This document shows positions 62,077-64,000 of a stretch of 64,000 nucleotides of DNA, in pieces. How positions within the stretch are numbered: the stretch's first letter is position 1; the number at the start of each line of letters is the position of its first letter. The stretch spans positions 3,534,001-3,598,000 of the forward strand of contig OX442314.1 of the NCBI GenBank assembly GCA_949358305.1. Reading direction: 5' to 3'. Both the position numbers and the translations under genes were made by a program. The notes beneath the pieces were generated by a model that did no database searches, was not told the DNA's origin, and was given only the letters and a program-made list of their open reading frames with translations. This DNA comes from Strigamia acuminata. Its lineage: Eukaryota.

Positions 62077-64000
62077 TTATGTGACCGATTCTTCGACGAC
62101 TCGCTGCTTGCGAGCAAAAGAGAGAAAAACTTGTTCCAGAGTTGCCTGACTCACGGAATAGTCTTCGAGATTAAACAGCGCTTTCGCCTTCTCCATCGAC
62201 TCGAAGAGGTACGCCCATTTGGTCTCCACGTCCTTAATTTGGTAATGCACGAGTCCCTAAAACAAATGAATATAACTTAATACACAGTTTGCGGCAGCTA
62301 CTTTTCCCTTATGCCGGGACTACTCGATTAAACGCCGGGCACTCAGCGGCAAGTTCAGCAATTGTCGGTGGCATCGAATAAACGCCGGGTTCCAAAAATG
62401 GGTGATTTTTCGCAAAAAGTCGAAGATTTTTGCGAAAGAATGAGCATTTTAAGCAAAAAAAATCATCATTTTTAGCAAAAAACCATCATTTTAAACGGAA
62501 AATCGGCGATTTTTAACAAAAAAAATCATCATTTTTAGCAAAAAAACCTCATTTTTTAGCAAAAAGTCATCATTTTAAACGGAAAATCGGCTGTTTTTAG
62601 CAAAAAAATCATCATTTTTAGCCATAAATCATCATTTTAAACGAAAAATCGGCTGTTTTTAGCAAAAAAATCATCATTTTTAGCCATAAATCATCATTTT
62701 TAGCCAAAAATGATCATTTAAAACGAAAAATCGGCGATTTTTAGCAAAAAAATCATCATTTTTAGCCATAAATTATGATTTTTGGCTAAAAATGATAATC
62801 GTCATTTTAAACAAAAAATCGGCAATTTTTAGCAAAAAATCGTCATTTTTAGCAAAAAATCATAATTTTAAACGAAAAATCGGCGATTTTTAGCAAATAA
62901 TCGGCGATTTTTCAGTTATGAGCCGGGCCTCGAATAAGTGCCAGGTGGGGCGAGTCGAAGAAACTATTAAACGCCCCGGCGTTTATTCGAGGCAGTACAG
63001 TATATTTCAAATTTCAGAAAGTAGATCCCGTTTGTTTATAAGAAAAATAAATAAAAACATCGTTTGGAGATCAAAATTGATCCTAGGTAAATGACACAAT
63101 GTTAATTTAAATCTTTTTTTTTTATCTTACTTGGTGTATGTCCTGAAGAACGGCACTTGGAAATGTCTGCTCAATGTATGTCTGTAATTCCGTCTGCTTA
63201 TTTGTCATTAGATTGATGGTCGAACTAGCACCGGGCTTGAGTTTGGCTAAAACTGTAAATCCCTGACTGAATTTGTTCTTCAGATGCTGGATCGGACCAA
63301 AACACTGGAACTGACCGTTCACCATAATGCCCACTCTGTTGCAGAGCACTTCACATTCCTCCATACTAGAAAATTTGTCCAAAATTAGTCCAAAATTTCA
63401 TCACTATCATTCACTACATTCATTTACCTATGCGAAGTCAAAACAACCGATATTCCCCGCCCGTTAGCGCTTCTTAGAATGTCCCATATTTTTCTCCTGG
63501 CGACCGGGTCCACTCCGGTCGTGGGCTCATCCAAAAATACGACCGGCGGATCTCCGATGAATCCCATGGCTGCACTCAGTTTTCTTTTATTTCCACCGCT
63601 AAATAAATAATTTTTTTTTAAAATAACTTTGTTCTAATCAGTTAAGTCTCTTTATTTCGAATACCTGTAGAAAAGCGTGATTTTATCGGCATGCTCGGTG
63701 AGGTCAAAGTCCACGATGTACTGATCGACAACCGCCTTTATTTGGGAACTGCAAATTCCACGAAGGTGAGCAAAAACGGTGAGGATTTCTCGTCCGGTCA
63801 AGTAATCGATGAGCGCATCAAATTGCGGGCAATAGCCAACTTGCTTTAAAAACTAAACCAAATATAGTTAGGTTAATGCACTTGGATGGATGAAAAACCT
63901 ATCGGGGCTTACTTGTCCTCGCTTGTGCCGTACACTAGACCTGTTAATGTAAGCATCGCCGTGAGTGATGACCAAGTCGCCGGTAAGCATTTGAAATGTG
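62077..64000 (-). CDS. ABCA transporter copy 4, 3' (NBD2) exons only; continues beyond the window
   Basis: Matches 33793-35716 at +28,284. Confidence 0.85.

Larger units (their letters stand above)
9237..64000. repeat. Tandem segmental array, 14,142-bp unit: 9237-37567 (includes a 14,189-bp insertion), 37568-51709, 51710-64000 (partial)
   Basis: ORFs recur at a constant +14,142 offset (28931/43073/57215; 39010/53152) and +28,331 across the retrotransposon (10679/39010). Confidence 0.98.

Overview
Eukaryotic, probably arthropod-like DNA (spliceosomal GT-AG introns, TTAGG-type repeats) with three nested layers. (1) 1-~9236 is the right-hand part of an intact-looking Polinton/Maverick (polintovirus). 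It carries the end of the minor capsid gene, a small core-like ORF, the major capsid protein, a pX-like core protein, an adenain protease, a coiled-coil fibre-like ORF and a convergent protein-primed PolB. (2) 9237-64000 is a tandem array of a near-identical 14,142-bp unit. Each unit carries a minus-strand ABCA-subfamily transporter gene that lacks the usual N-terminal TM1/ECD1 exons and is preceded instead by a CCAAT promoter and a string of unrelated micro-exons, i.e. a probable amplified chimeric gene. (3) The first unit is interrupted in an NBD1 exon by a 14,185-bp Gypsy/Ty3 LTR retrotransposon (14175-28359). It has 1,746-bp LTRs, TA...CA termini, a TGTT target duplication, a duplicated tRNA-Gln PBS, gag, pol and a third non-env ORF with Cys-pair motifs and Pol II CTD-like heptads. 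Introns contain several MITEs and minisatellites. All family assignments come from motif recognition by eye; no database searches were run.
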